A DNA stretch of 64,000 nt, from NCBI GenBank assembly GCA_963711185.1, contig CAVQDD010000018.1, positions 34,893 through 98,892 on the forward strand, read 5' to 3'. The position numbers and the translations under genes are program-made. The notes beneath the pieces were generated by a model, which saw nothing but the letters and a program-made list of their open reading frames with translations, had not been told where the DNA came from and did no database searches. Source of the DNA: an uncultured Actinomycetota bacterium. GTDB lineage: Bacteria > Actinomycetota > Actinomycetes > Propionibacteriales > Propionibacteriaceae. Of the stretch, positions 12,930 through 24,183 are shown one piece after another; positions within the stretch are counted from its first letter, which is position 1, and the number at the start of each line of letters is the position of its first letter.

Positions 12930-13688
12930 TCAGCCTTCCTGATTGCGTGCTTCGGTGATCTTGATCTTCGGGAATGTGGGTCGTGCCGGACGCACGCGGA
13001 CGGTGGCCGGAGGCACGCGGGACGTGAGTCGTGCAGACGCCGTCGCCGTGGGCGATGGTGGCCAGCCGCTGGACGTGCACGCCGAGGATCCGGGAGAACG
13101 CTTCGGTCTCGACCTCGCACAGCTGCGGGAACTTCTCGGCCACGTGGGCGACCGGGCAGTGGTGCTGGCAGAGCTGCTCGCCGAGAGCCGACGGCAGGGT
13201 GGAGGCGACATAGCCCTCGTCGCTCAGCGCCTGGGCCAGAGCCTGGGCCGGCGTCGTCTCGTCATCGGCGGCGGCGACCTTGCTCGCGTAGCGCTGCTCG
13301 ACGTCGGCCATCCGCGATTCGGCGAACTTGGTCACCGCCTCGGGTCCGGAATGCTCGGCCAGGAATTCCAGCGCGGCGACGGCCAGGCTCGTCGTACGCG
13401 GTGTAGAACTCGGCCCGACCGGCGTCGGTCAGCACGAAGTCCTTGGCCGGACGGCCCCGGCCGCGGGCCCCGTAGACCCGCTGATCGCGGGCCTCGACCT
13501 GACCGGCCGCGAGCAGGGTGTCCAGATGCCGGCGGATACCGGCCGGGGTGAATCCGAGGCGGGCGCTCGAGCTCAGCCGCGGTGGACGGACCGTGCTCGA
13601 GAATCGAGCTGAGCACGCGGCGCCGGGTCGACGCATCCTGTTCGGGCGTCACCCCGCCGACCGTGGGCACAGTCGTCTCGGTTTTCAC
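12930..13688 (-). CDS. sufR: SufR-like HTH transcriptional regulator
   Basis: wHTH (GIRRHLD...RGRGRPAK); QHHCPVAHVA..FPQLCEVE; GDGVCTT; first gene of the suf operon. Confidence 0.88.
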
Positions 13689-13742
13689 AACACCAGTGTG
13701 CTCTTATTAGCTTGACTCATTCAAATAAGGACTGCCTTAGTG
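13689..13742 (-). promoter_or_regulatory. Leaderless suf promoter and palindrome
   Basis: Minus strand CACACT-6nt-GTG; palindrome taagg-actg-cctta near 13726-13739; AT-rich stretch. Confidence 0.55.
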
Positions 13743-13773
13743 ACCGGACGGTCGCCGCTGCCACACTGCTGCC

Positions 13774-14272
13774 ATGTCCGACCTGGCTGACTCCTCGGAC
13801 GGCCTGCTCGGTGACGTCCGCGACCGCGTCGAGGAACTGATCGACACCTATCGGGCCGATCTGCTGGCCACCGTGGACGGCCTGACCGAGGACGAGGTCC
13901 GATTGCGGCTGGTGCCGTCCAAGACCACCTCTGCTCGGTCTGATCAAACACATGACCTATGTGGAGGGCGTCTGGTTCGACCAGGCCGTGACCGGGCAGC
14001 ACGTACAGCGAGATCGGAATCGCCTCGACACCGGACCGTTCGTTCACCTGACCCGGGTCGACACCATCGAGTCGATCGCGACAGGCCTATCGCCGGCGCA
14101 TCGACGGATTCCCGTCCGGTGATGGCCGGCCTCGACTTCGGTACCGTCGTCGAGGGTCGCGGGTCGAAGCCGGTCTGGGCGCTGCAACTCCAGGTCCTCC
14201 GCGAGATGGCGCAGCACACCGGGCACGCCGACATCCTGCGCGAGCAGATCCTGGCGACGAAGGGACAGATGA
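13774..14272 (+). CDS. DinB/DUF664 family protein (end approximate)
   Basis: GLTEDEVRLRLVPSKTT; EMAQHTGHADILREQI; CACACT-6nt-ATG. Confidence 0.8.
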
Positions 14273-14905
14273 CGATGTACGACGCGGTGCTGTTCGATCT
14301 GCTGACCGGACTGGTCGACTCCTGGTCGCTGTGGAACCGGGTGGCCGGCGATGCCGAGACCGGTCGGCGCTGGCGGCTGCGCTACCTGGAGGTGGGCTAC
14401 GCGACCGGCGCCTACCGGCCGTACGAGGAGTTGGTCGCCGAAGCGGCCGAGGCCGGAGGGACTGCCGGATCGGCTGGCCGACGATCTGGTCCAGCGACTG
14501 GGACACCTGTCGCCGTGGCCGGAGACCGCCGACGTGCTCCACGAGCTGTCCGGCCAGGTCAAGATCGGCATCGTCACCAATTGCTCGGTCGACCTGGGCC
14601 GGCGGGCCGTCGCCAAGTCTGGGCGCGCCGGTCGATGTGGTGCTCACCGCCGAGGAGATCGGCTTCTACAAGCCGCGACCCGGAGGCGTACCGGGCCGGG
14701 CTGGCCGCGCTGGGGAGCTCGGTCGAGCGGACGCTGTTCGTCGCCGGATCGCCGTACGACCTGTCCGGGGCCGCCGGGGTCGGGCTCGACGTGTGGTGGC
14801 ACAACCGGGCCGGACTGGACCGGGGCGACCGGCCGGCGCCGGTGGCCGAGCACGACTCGTTGCGATCCGTTGCCGGCCTTCCTCGCTGGGTCGGAACCGG
14901 ACTGA
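14269..14905 (+). CDS. HAD superfamily hydrolase (haloacid dehalogenase-like)
   Basis: AVLFDLLTGLVDSW; IVTNCS; FYKP; LFVAGSPYDL. Confidence 0.8.
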
Positions 14906-14906
14906 T

Positions 14907-15972
14907 TCAGTCGAGGACGTCGGCCAGGTCGAACTTGACCGGCTCCTCCAACTGTTCGTAGGTGCAGGATCGCGGTTCCCGGTCGGGTCGCCAGCGGTTG
15001 AACTGGGCGGTGTGCCGGAAGCGGACGCCCTCCATGTGCTCGTAACGCACCTCGACGACCAGGTCGGGTCGCAGCGGGATGAAGGACAGGTCCTTGCCGT
15101 TGTTCCACCGGCTGCCGACGCCGGCCTGCGGCGTTCGCGCGCCCTCGAGTTGCTTGGCCCAGGCCCACGGATGGTCGTCGAAGGTGGTGATCATCGGCTG
15201 CAACTCGGTGAACAGTTCCTTGCGCCGCGCGGCCGGGAAGGCGCCGATCACCCCGACCGACACGAGCTCGCCGTCGTCGTTGTAGAGCCCGAGCAGCAGC
15301 GAGCCGATGCTCTCGGCATCGGCCTTGTGCACCCGGTAGCCGGCGACCACGCAGTCGGCGGTGCGCTCGTGTTTGATCTTGAACATCACCCGCTTGTCCG
15401 GCTGATAGCCGATCGCGGTCGGCTTGGCCACCACCCCGTCCAGCCCGGCACCCTCGAACTGGCTGAACCATTCCTGGGCCTCGGCGGGGTCAGCGGTCAC
15501 CTTGGTCAGATGGATCGGCGCCTGCGCGTCGGCCAGGGCCTGCTCCAGCAGCGGCCCGCCGCTCGGCGAAGGGGCGACCGGTCAGATCGTCGTCCCCGAG
15601 GGCCAGCAGATCGAAAGCCACGAACCGGGCCGGTGTCTTCTCCGACAGCATCTTGACCCGGGACGCGGCCGGATGGATCCGCTGCTGCAGCACCTCGAAA
15701 TCCAGCCGATCGCCGCTCTCGCCGATCACGATGATCTCGCCGTCGATCACCGCCCGCTCGGGGAAGTTGGCCTTGACCGCCTCGACCACCTCGGGGAAGT
15801 AGCGGGTCATCGGCTTCTCGTTGCGGCTGCCGATCTCCACCTCGTCACCGTCGCGGAAGATGATCGACCGGAAGCCGTCCCATTTGGGCTCGTAGCTGAG
15901 ATCGCCTTCGGGGATGCCCTTCACCGATTTGGCCAGCATGGGTTTCACGGGCGGCATCACCGGCAGGTCCAT
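14907..15972 (-). CDS. ligC: ATP-dependent DNA ligase LigC
   Basis: MDLPVMPPVKPMLAK; YEPKWDGFR; GLDGVVAK; KIKHERTADCVV; RFRHTAQFNRWRPDR. Confidence 0.92.
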
Positions 15973-15996
15973 GGGCTCATTCTGACCCTCCGGTGA

Positions 15997-17492
15997 TCAG
16001 TAGATCATCAGACCCGTTCCCCAGCCGGCTCCGGCCTGGGACGTCACCGGGATCACGACGGCCGGCGAATCGAGCACCAGCACCCGACCCACGTTCTTCC
16101 GCGACCCGCTGTCCCGACCGGGGACTCCGACCATCAGGCTCTCGCTGCAGATGTCCTCGCTGCCGTTGCAGATCTCGACGAGCGAGGCTCCGAACCGGTC
16201 GCCCGAGCGGGCGGCTCCCGGCACGCCAGGACTGTTCTCATCCCGACACCGTGCGCGGAGCCCGCCGCGGACGGTGAAACCCGCCGGGTCGAGGGTGCAC
16301 ACAGCACCGGCGTCCTTCGCCGATCCGACGTCTTCGGCCGGGATGCCGATGTGGTTTCCGTAGAGCGCGCTGCCCAGCCGATCGCCGGATTCACTGGTTC
16401 CCGGGAAACCCGGGCTGTCAGCGCTGATCGTGGACGGGAACGGGGTCCAGCTCACGACGGGCGGTTCTCGTCGGTCGACGTCGTGTAGAACATCGAGACC
16501 GCGCCCGCCCGGCGAGCCCGGCCGAGCTTCTCGTCCGGGGCTGACACCAGGACTCCTACATGAGTGTCGTCATCGAGGCGAAGATCGCCGATGGCACTGA
16601 CCACGGCGCCGAAATGATCACCGCGTTCGGCCGCGCCCGGCACTCCTGGACTGTTCTGGCTGTACGCGAGCGCCGCGCCGCCCGGCCCGAGGAGCGTCAC
16701 CGATCCGGCGTCGACGATCTTGCCGACGTCCTCGCCGGGAGCGCCGACGGCGAGCCACCTCGAATCGGTGACGGCCAACGCCGCGCCGAAGCGGTCGCCG
16801 GTCTCGGCCAGGCCCGGTGCGCCCGAGCCTTGGCTGAGGATCGTGTCGAGCGAGAAGGCGATCTGATCAGCCTCCACGATCACCACCGCGCCGGCCTGCT
16901 TCCGCCCGTTCACCGCGACGCCGGGGGCGCCGACGACCAGCCGGCTGTCGGGCTGACCCTGGGCCGTGAGCCGGGGCCACCAGGCCAGCGACGAGCCGAA
17001 ACCCGCGCCCCGGGTCGGCCGGCCCCCGAGACTGAGCTGGGTGAGGCGAACGGCCGACGCCACCTGCCCGCGCCACAGCACATAGACAGCGCCGGCGCCC
17101 GGCACCCCGTCGATCGGCGTACCCGGGGCACCGATCGCGATGTCGGAGGATCCGTCGTCGTCGAAGTCGCCGATCAGCACCGATGCGCCGAAGCGGGCGT
17201 CGGCATCATCGTCGAAGGTGAGCGAACCGGCCGTCACCATCTCGCTGCGTCGATCGCTCTGGATGGCTCGCCTGGTCAGCTGGACCGCCCCGGCGTCGCG
17301 GAGGCGACCGACGTCCCAGCCGGGCGCGCCGACCACCACGTCGGTGGTGCAGTCGCCACTCCAGTCGGGCACCGCGCTGGCGTCGCAGCCGTTGTCGGGC
17401 AGCGGCACGTGGGCCGCGGCCGGCGGTCCGACCAGCAGTGCAGCTGTCAGAACGAAGCCTGCACTCAGCCAGCCGAGCGAAGTTGGGCGCAT
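15997..17492 (-). CDS. Secreted FG-GAP/integrin-alpha-repeat protein (two ORFs, probably one gene)
   Basis: Signal peptide (AAA-H); repeated GDRFGAAL...VGAPGED...DAGSV; GDFDDDGSSDIAIGAP. Confidence 0.8.
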
Positions 17493-17629
17493 GGGGGTCT
17501 CCTGGGGGAAGGGGCCGTTCAAGAAGCCTGCACCCCGAGCAGCGCGTCCGGCCAGACCTGGACCCCGCAGTACGTAGATCTGCGTACGCCGGAGAACGAA
17601 ATGTCGGCGCGGTGCTGGATGATCGGCGA

Positions 17630-18884
17630 GTGGCGCAGACGAACTGGAGCGGGACGTACACCTTCCGGGCCCGGACCTGGCATCGACCGACGACTGTCGA
17701 TCAGCTCCAGGAGTTGATCGGTCGGTCCGCCGGCCCGTTGCATGCCCTCGGCACCCGACACTCGTTCAACAGCGTCGGTGATGCGGCCGAGATCATCGAG
17801 ATCACCGGTCTGACCGGTGAGCTGATCCTGGACGAGGCGCAGGGAACGGTCCGGGTGCCGGCGGCGACCCGCTACGGCGATCTGGCGAGCTGGCTGCACG
17901 CGCGGGGCTGGGCGCTGGCCAATCTCGCGTCGCTGCCGCACATCAGCGTGGCCGGCTCGGTGGCCACAGCGACCCACGGCTCGGGCAACGGCAACCAGAC
18001 GCTGGCCTCGGACGTGGTGGCGATGACCCTGGTCGCCGGCACCGGAGAAGTGGTGACGCTGTCCGAGGGCGACGAGGGCTTCGGCGGCGCCGTCGTCCAT
18101 CTCGGTGCGCTCGGCGTGGTCACCGAGCTGACCTTGAAACTGCAACCGACCTTCGACGTCCGGCAGGACGTCTATCTCGACCTGCCCTGGGACGCCCTGA
18201 CCGGCGACTTCGAGGCGGTGCTGGGGAGCGGCTACAGCGTCAGCGCCATCACCGACTTCGCCCATCCGACGCGTCGACCTGCTCTGGGTGAAGACCCGAT
18301 TGCGCGACGGTGAACCGACCGCGATGCCGGCCGAACTCTTCGGAGCCGTCGCCGCCACGGAGAAGATGCATCTGACCCGGGGCAACGACCCGACCTTCAC
18401 CACCCCGCAGCTGGGCGAGGTCGGCCCGTGGTCGGACCGGCTGTCCCACTTCCTGCTGGAGTTCACCCCCAGCAGCGGGGCCGAGATCCAGACTGAGTAT
18501 CTGATGGACCGGCAGCATGCGCCGGCGGCGATCGAGGCGCTGCGCGGACTGGGCGGGCCCATCGCCGCCCTGGTCAAGAGCGCCGAGATCCGGACGATGG
18601 CCGCCGACGAGCTCTGGTTGAGTTCGGCGTACCAGCGGCCGACCTTCGGGGTGCATTTCACCTGGCAGCCCGACGAACCGGCCGTCCGCGCGGTGGTCGA
18701 CCGGATCGAGCAGGCGCTGGCCCCGTTCGCCCCGCGGCCGCATTGGGCCAAGCTGTTCGGACCCGGGCACGACTTCGCCGCGCTCTATCCCCGGCTCGCC
18801 GACTTCGCTGCCCTGGTCGGGCGCTACGACCCGGAGGGCCGGTTCGCTTCGGCGTTCGTCCGGAGGGTGCTGAACAACTCATAG
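17630..18884 (+). CDS. FAD-linked alditol/xylitol oxidase-like protein
   Basis: TNWSG; LGTRHSFN; NLASLPHISVAGSVATATHGSG; HFTW; RPHWAKLF. Confidence 0.85.
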
Positions 18885-18893
18885 ACTGCCTCG

Positions 18894-19604
18894 GTGCCCG
18901 CCCTGCTGGTCGACGACCTCGTCGTCAGCTTCGGCGATCGGCGGGTGCTCGACCGGCTTGAGCCTGCGGGCCGAGCGGGCGGCGATCACCGCGGTCCTCG
19001 GGCCCGAACGGGGCCGGCAAGACCACCCTGATCCGCTGCTGCACCGGCCTGCTGTCGCCCCGACTCGGGCCGGATCGAGGTGCTCGACGACCGGCCGGGG
19101 TCGGCGGCCAACGCGGCCCGGGTCGGCCTGATGCCGCAGAGCACCGGCGCCTGGTCCGGGATCAAGGCGGCCGAGCTGCTGACCTACCTGGCCGGGCTGT
19201 ACGCCCATCCGCTGCCGGTCGGCGCCCTGATCGACCGGCTCGGCATCACGAACTTCGCGCGTACGCCGTACCGCCGGTTGTCCGGCGGTCAGCAACAGGC
19301 GGTCAATCTGGCCGGCGCCCTGATCGGCCGGCCGGAACTGGTCTTCCTCGACGAGCCGACAGCCGGGATGGACCCGCACGCGCGGCTGGCCACCTGGGAG
19401 TTGCTGCGCGAACTGCGCGCCGCCGGGGTCGGGGTCGTGCTGACCACCCACGCGATGGAGGAGGCGGAGGCGCTGGCCGACGCGGTGTTCATCGTCGACG
19501 ACGGATCCGTCCAGGTCTGCGGGACCGTCGCCGAGCTGACCACCGGCGGCCAGCGGATCGAAGATGTCTATCTCGCCCACACCCGACCGCGGATCGCCTC
19601 GTGA
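18894..19604 (+). CDS. ABC transporter ATP-binding protein
   Basis: GPNGAGKTT; LSGGQQQ; FLDEPTAGMD; TAGACT-6nt-GTG. Confidence 0.88.
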
Positions 19605-20367
19605 CAGCGCGCTCGACCTGTCCCCCGCCCCGGGCGCGGCCCCGGCCGGTCTGCGGATCCGGCGGCACGCGATGGTCGAGACGAAACTGTTGATCCGCAA
19701 CGGTGAGCAACTGCTGATCGCGCTGGTCATCCCGCTGGGCATCCTGATCGTCGGTCACGCACTGGGCGGCCGGTTCGGCGACCTGCGCACCCTCGCCCCG
19801 TCGGTACTCGCCGTCGCGCTCTGGTCGTCGGCCTTCACCTCGGTGGCCATCGCGACCGGCTTCGAGCGCCGCTACGGCGTCCTGGAGCGACTGGCCGCGA
19901 CCCCACTGGGCCGGACCGGGCTGTTGGCCGGCAAGGCCACCGCGGTGACCATGATCGTTCTCGGCCAGTTGGTGATCTTGTCGGTGGCCGCGCGTGCTGC
20001 TCGGCTGGCGACCGTCGTTCACTCCGGCCTCGGCGGTCTTCGCCGTGCTGGTGGCGATCCTGGCCTCGGCCACCTTCGTCCTGCTGGGTCTGCTGCTGGC
20101 CGGCCGGCTGAGCGCCGAGGCCACCCTGGCCCTGGCCAATCTGATCTTCGTGGTGTTGCTGGCCGCGGGTGGCCTGGTCGTCCCGGTGACCTCGTACGTC
20201 CCGGCGGTCCAGCCGATCGTGGCCCTGCTCCCGACCGCGGCCCTCGGCACCGGTCTGCGGGCGGCGGCGGTCGGGGACGACGGCCGCTCGCGCCGGTGCT
20301 GATCCTGCTGGTCTGGCTGATCCTGGCCGCTCTCGGTGTACGGAAGGGTTTCCGATGGACCTCCTGA
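19601..20367 (+). CDS. ABC-2 type permease
   Basis: RNGEQLL; FTSVAIATGFERRYGVL; LSAEATLALAN; FRW end. Confidence 0.85.
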
Positions 20368-21216
20368 ACGTCGTCCGCGGCCCGGTCGCCCTGCGGCGCT
20401 GGGCGGTGGCCTCGCTGGTCATGAACATGGTGATCGTGGTGACCGGCGGCTCTGGTCCGGCTGACCGGCTCCGGGCTGGGTTGCCCCACCTGGCCGCGCT
20501 GCACCGACGACTCCTACATCACCCATCCGGCCCTCGGCATCCACGGCGCGATCGAGTTCGGCAACCGACTGCTGACCTTCGTGTTGATCATCGCCGCGCG
20601 TGCTCACCTTCGCCAGCGCGCTGATCAACCGGCGGCATCGGCGGCTGACCGCGGTGATGGCCTTCGGCATCCCGTTCCAGGGCGTGATCGGCGGGATCAC
20701 CGTGCTGACCCAGCTCAATCCGTACGTGGTCGCGCTGCATCTGCTGCTGTCCCTGGTGCTGATCGCGCTGTCCGTCTGGCTGGTCCGGCTGACCCGTGAC
20801 CTGCGTCCGCTCCCCGCGTCCGGGCTCGGTCTGGTCGCGGCCCGGGTCGCCTTCGTCGCGATGTGGCTGGCCGTCTGGCTGGGCACGGTGGTGACCGGCA
20901 GCGGTCCGCACGCCGGTGACGACCAGGCCCCGCGCAACGGTCTGAACGGCGGGCTGGTCACCCAGCCTGCACGCGTACGCGGTGTACGCCAGCGATCGGC
21001 GCCACCCTGGTCGCCGTGGTCCTGCTGCGATCGCCGGGCCGCGTTGCTGCTGGTCGGCGGTGGAGATCGTCCAGGCCGAGCATCGGCATCACCCAGTACC
21101 GACTCGGCCTGCCCATCGGCCTGGTCATCGCTGCACCTGCTCGGCGCCTGCCTGGCCATCGCCGCGGCGACCAATCTGCACCTGTCCGTCGTCAGCGCCC
21201 GGCGTCGGTCGCTCAG
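20355..21216 (+). CDS. ctaA: Heme A synthase COX15/CtaA (end approximate)
   Basis: VRLTGSGLGCPTWPRC; IEFGNRLLT; VVALH; TGSGPHAGD; LHLLGA. Confidence 0.88.
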
Positions 21217-21843
21217 AGGTGGTCGCGGGCCCACAGTGCCGCACTCGTCCGATCAGACACTCCGATCCGACGAAACACGCTCACCAGATGCACCTTCACC
21301 GTCCGTTCGGTGATCCCGAGGGCGCGGCCGATCTGCTTGTTGGCCAGGCCCTGCGCGACCAGGGTGAGCACCTGCCGTTCGCGCGGACTGAGCTCGGACC
21401 CCGCGGCCGGGGTCACCGGGGCCGGGGCGGCCGCTGAGGGCAGCAGGTTCTTGGCCACCCGCGGATCCAGCGGGGCGTTGGCCGGCCGCGGCGGCCCGGA
21501 CCGCGGCCACCAGATCGCGGGGATCGCAGTCCTTCAGCAGATAGCCGACCGCGCCGGCGTTCAGCGCTTCGGTGACCCGGTCCCGATCGGAGAACGAGGT
21601 CAGCACGACGATGTTGGTGGCCGGCGCCTCGGCCAGCACCGAGCGGGTCGCGCCGACCCCGTCGAGCACCGGCATCGACAGGTCCATCAAGATCACGTCC
21701 GGGTGCAGCTCGCGGGACCGTTCGATCGCCTGCTGCCCGTCCGCCGCCTCACCGACGACGGTGATCCCGTCGGCGGTGGCCAGCAGGGCCGCCAGACCGG
21801 CGCGGACCAGCTGATGGTCGTCGACCAGCAGGACACCGATCAC
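21213..21843 (-). CDS. NarL/LuxR-family response regulator
   Basis: VLLVDDHQLVRAG; DVILMDLSMP; GYLLKD; LSPRERQVL...NKQIG...TVKVH. Confidence 0.9.
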
Positions 21844-23255
21844 GAGGGCCGGACCCGCAACTGCCAGCGGGCTCCGGCGCCCGGCGCCGACATCACCCGC
21901 AGTTCGGCGTCCGCCGCGCTGACGGCATCGGTCAGCAGCCGCATCCCGAAGTGGCCGGGGAGCGGGCGGAGGTCGCGGGGGTCGAAGCCGACGCCGTCGT
22001 CGCTGACCTCGAGCAGCACCATGGCGTCGTCGCGCCGCAGCTCGACCCGGACCATCCCGGCCCGGGCGTGCTTGGCCGCGTTGCGCAGCAGTTCCTGAGC
22101 GGTCCGGAAGATCAACTTCTGGTCGTCGGCCGACAGCTCCGGCAGATCGTCGGCGATGTCGAGGCTGACCGCGATGGTCCGGCCGCGGAGCGTGCCGACC
22201 AGATCGGTCAGGGCCGGAGCGAGACCGGTGTCGGCCAGACTCGGCGGGTAGATGTCGACCAGCAGGGACCGGAGGCCGCCGATGCTGCCGCGGACCGCAT
22301 TGGTGGCCAGTCGCAGCGAATCGGCCAGTTGGCGATCGCCGCGCTGACCGGCCTGTTCGGCGGCTCCGGCCACCACGAACGAGGTGGCCGCGAGTTCCTG
22401 GACCACCCCGTCGTGCAGGGTGGCCGCGATCCGCCGGCGTTCCTGATCCGAGGCGTCCAGGGCGTGCTGCAGCAGCGTTTCGCGCTGCGCCTGAGCGGCC
22501 CGCAGTCGGTCCAGCAGCCGCCAGAGCACCGGCAGCAGCAGCACGACCATGATCAGCAGACTGGAGAAGGTCACGCCGGCGAAGCCGCGCCACAGATCCC
22601 GGGCTCGCGAGTCGACCTGGCTGTACGGCGCGTACGTCTCGAACAGCAGCGTCTGCCCGCTCGGCGTCCAGACCGGGCGGTAGACCTCGAGCAGCTTGCC
22701 CTGACCCCGCTCGTACGCGTTCTCCGGCTCGTCGAGATCGGAGACCTCGGCCCGGGTGGCCGGATGCTCGAGCACCTCACGCTCGTCCTCGCCGAGCGGG
22801 TAGGTCTGGCCGATCAGCCGGGATTCGTCGGAGTAGACGATGCGGCCGTCCGGGGTCCAGAACTTGACCCGGACGATCGACTCGTTGAGCACGTGTTCGC
22901 GGATGACGTGGTCCAACGCGGCCAGGGCGGCCGGGTCGCCGTCCACCACCCCGTCGGTCAGCTCGGGCTGGACGACGGCGTCGGCCAGCACCGCCGTCGT
23001 CTGGGCGGCCGAGTTCACCGCCTCGCGCTCGGCCATCTTGCGACTGGCCACCGCGCCGATCAGACCCACGGTGATGATCACCGCCGCAGCCATGGCCACG
23101 ACCTGCAGATAGATCTGACGCGCCCGCAGCGGCCGGTCGTCGGGTTCCGCCGAGCGGCGACCCGCCGCCAACACCCGGAGCCGGGGCGCGGCGGGGGTCG
23201 GCGGCTCGACGACGGTCGCGGTCAGGACCGTGGCCTTCTCGTCCTCGGGATTCAT
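21840..23255 (-). CDS. Membrane sensor histidine kinase (HisKA_3)
   Basis: Two TM segments; ERRRIAATLHDGVVQ; ELLRNAAKHA; DDGVGF; GHFGM. Confidence 0.92.
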   Translation of the reverse strand: MNPEDEKATVLTATVVEPPTPAAPRLRVLAAGRRSAEPDDRPLRARQIYLQVVAMAAAVIITVGLIGAVASRKMAEREAVNSAAQTTAVLADAVVQPELTDGVVDGDPAALAALDHVIREHVLNESIVRVKFWTPDGRIVYSDESRLIGQTYPLGEDEREVLEHPATRAEVSDLDEPENAYERGQGKLLEVYRPVWTPSGQTLLFETYAPYSQVDSRARDLWRGFAGVTFSSLLIMVVLLLPVLWRLLDRLRAAQAQRETLLQHALDASDQERRRIAATLHDGVVQELAATSFVVAGAAEQAGQRGDRQLADSLRLATNAVRGSIGGLRSLLVDIYPPSLADTGLAPALTDLVGTLRGRTIAVSLDIADDLPELSADDQKLIFRTAQELLRNAAKHARAGMVRVELRRDDAMVLLEVSDDGVGFDPRDLRPLPGHFGMRLLTDAVSAADAELRVMSAPGAGARWQLRVRPS

Positions 23256-23261
23256 CGGGGA

Positions 23262-23652
23262 TCAGTCGTCATCGCCGCCGTGCCCTGATCCCGAACGATC
23301 GTCGCCGCCGCCGTGTCCCGATCCGGAGCGATCGTCGTCCCCGCCCCGGCCGCGGCCACGACCGCGGCGGCCGTCGGAGTCTTCATCGCTGCCCCGGCCC
23401 TCGGCCTCGGTCGCCCGGCCGGTCGGCACCGGTGCGGCACTGACCGTCTCGACCGGCTGCAGTGCGGCCGGTTCCGGGCGGTCCTCGACGCTCGGCTCAC
23501 CGCTCGGGTCGCTGGTCGGCGTCACGGTCTGCGCCTGGGTCGGGATCTGCACGGGCACCGGTCGGGTCAGAGGTGGTGTTCCCCACCATCCCCCAGGCGA
23601 ACGGCACCACGGCGATCAAGGCGCCGATCACCATCAGCATCGCCCGTTTCAT
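23262..23652 (-). CDS. Small membrane/secreted protein with Gly/Asp/His-rich tail
   Basis: MKRAMLMVIGALIAVVPFAWG; C-terminus DDRSGSGHGGGDDRSGSGHGGDDD. Confidence 0.65.
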
Positions 23653-23698
23653 CGCCCTCGCACTTCCGTTCTGGTGGACCGGGTCGGGTTCCCCCGGG

Positions 23699-24103
23699 TC
23701 ACAGGGTGACCTTGCCGGAGCATACCCGCGAACCGCGGGTCGCCTTGGCTTTGATGGTGTCCTGCCCGGCCCGGTTGGCGGTCCGCTTCTCCATCGAGAA
23801 CGAGCCACTGGGTGCCTTCGTGGTCTTGTGCCCGGAGACGATCCGGTCGCCGTTGTGGTACACCTTCACGGCCCAGCGCTGGCCGGCCTTGTTGGTGTCC
23901 ACCTCGAATTCGTACTCGATCAGGCCGTCGTCGTGCTTGGCCTTGAGCTTCCAGGTTCCGCTGCCGCCGTCGCAGTTGCCGCGGGCGATCACCCGGTCAT
24001 CGTGGCCGTGGCTGGCCTGGGCCGGGGTGGCCGTGGCCACCAGGGTGCCCAGGGTCAGCGCCGAGGTGAGCGCGAGTCCGGTGATCCGCATGGTCTTGTT
24101 CAT
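23699..24103 (-). CDS. Small secreted protein with a Cys pair
   Basis: Signal peptide ending AQA; RGNC...WKLKAKHDDGLIEYEFEVD...VC; GGAAA upstream of ATG. Confidence 0.75.
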   Translation of the reverse strand: MNKTMRITGLALTSALTLGTLVATATPAQASHGHDDRVIARGNCDGGSGTWKLKAKHDDGLIEYEFEVDTNKAGQRWAVKVYHNGDRIVSGHKTTKAPSGSFSMEKRTANRAGQDTIKAKATRGSRVCSGKVTL

Positions 24104-24183
24104 CTGACGTTTCCTTCCGAAGTGGTTCGTTGTCGTCAACGAGCCTCGTCGGTGGACCGGGTGCCCACAATTGTCCGTTCGGC

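Noticed and set aside
13774-14961. DinB-HAD fusion protein
   Set aside because: The junction contains an ATGA overlap motif, so one indel would explain the apparent fusion
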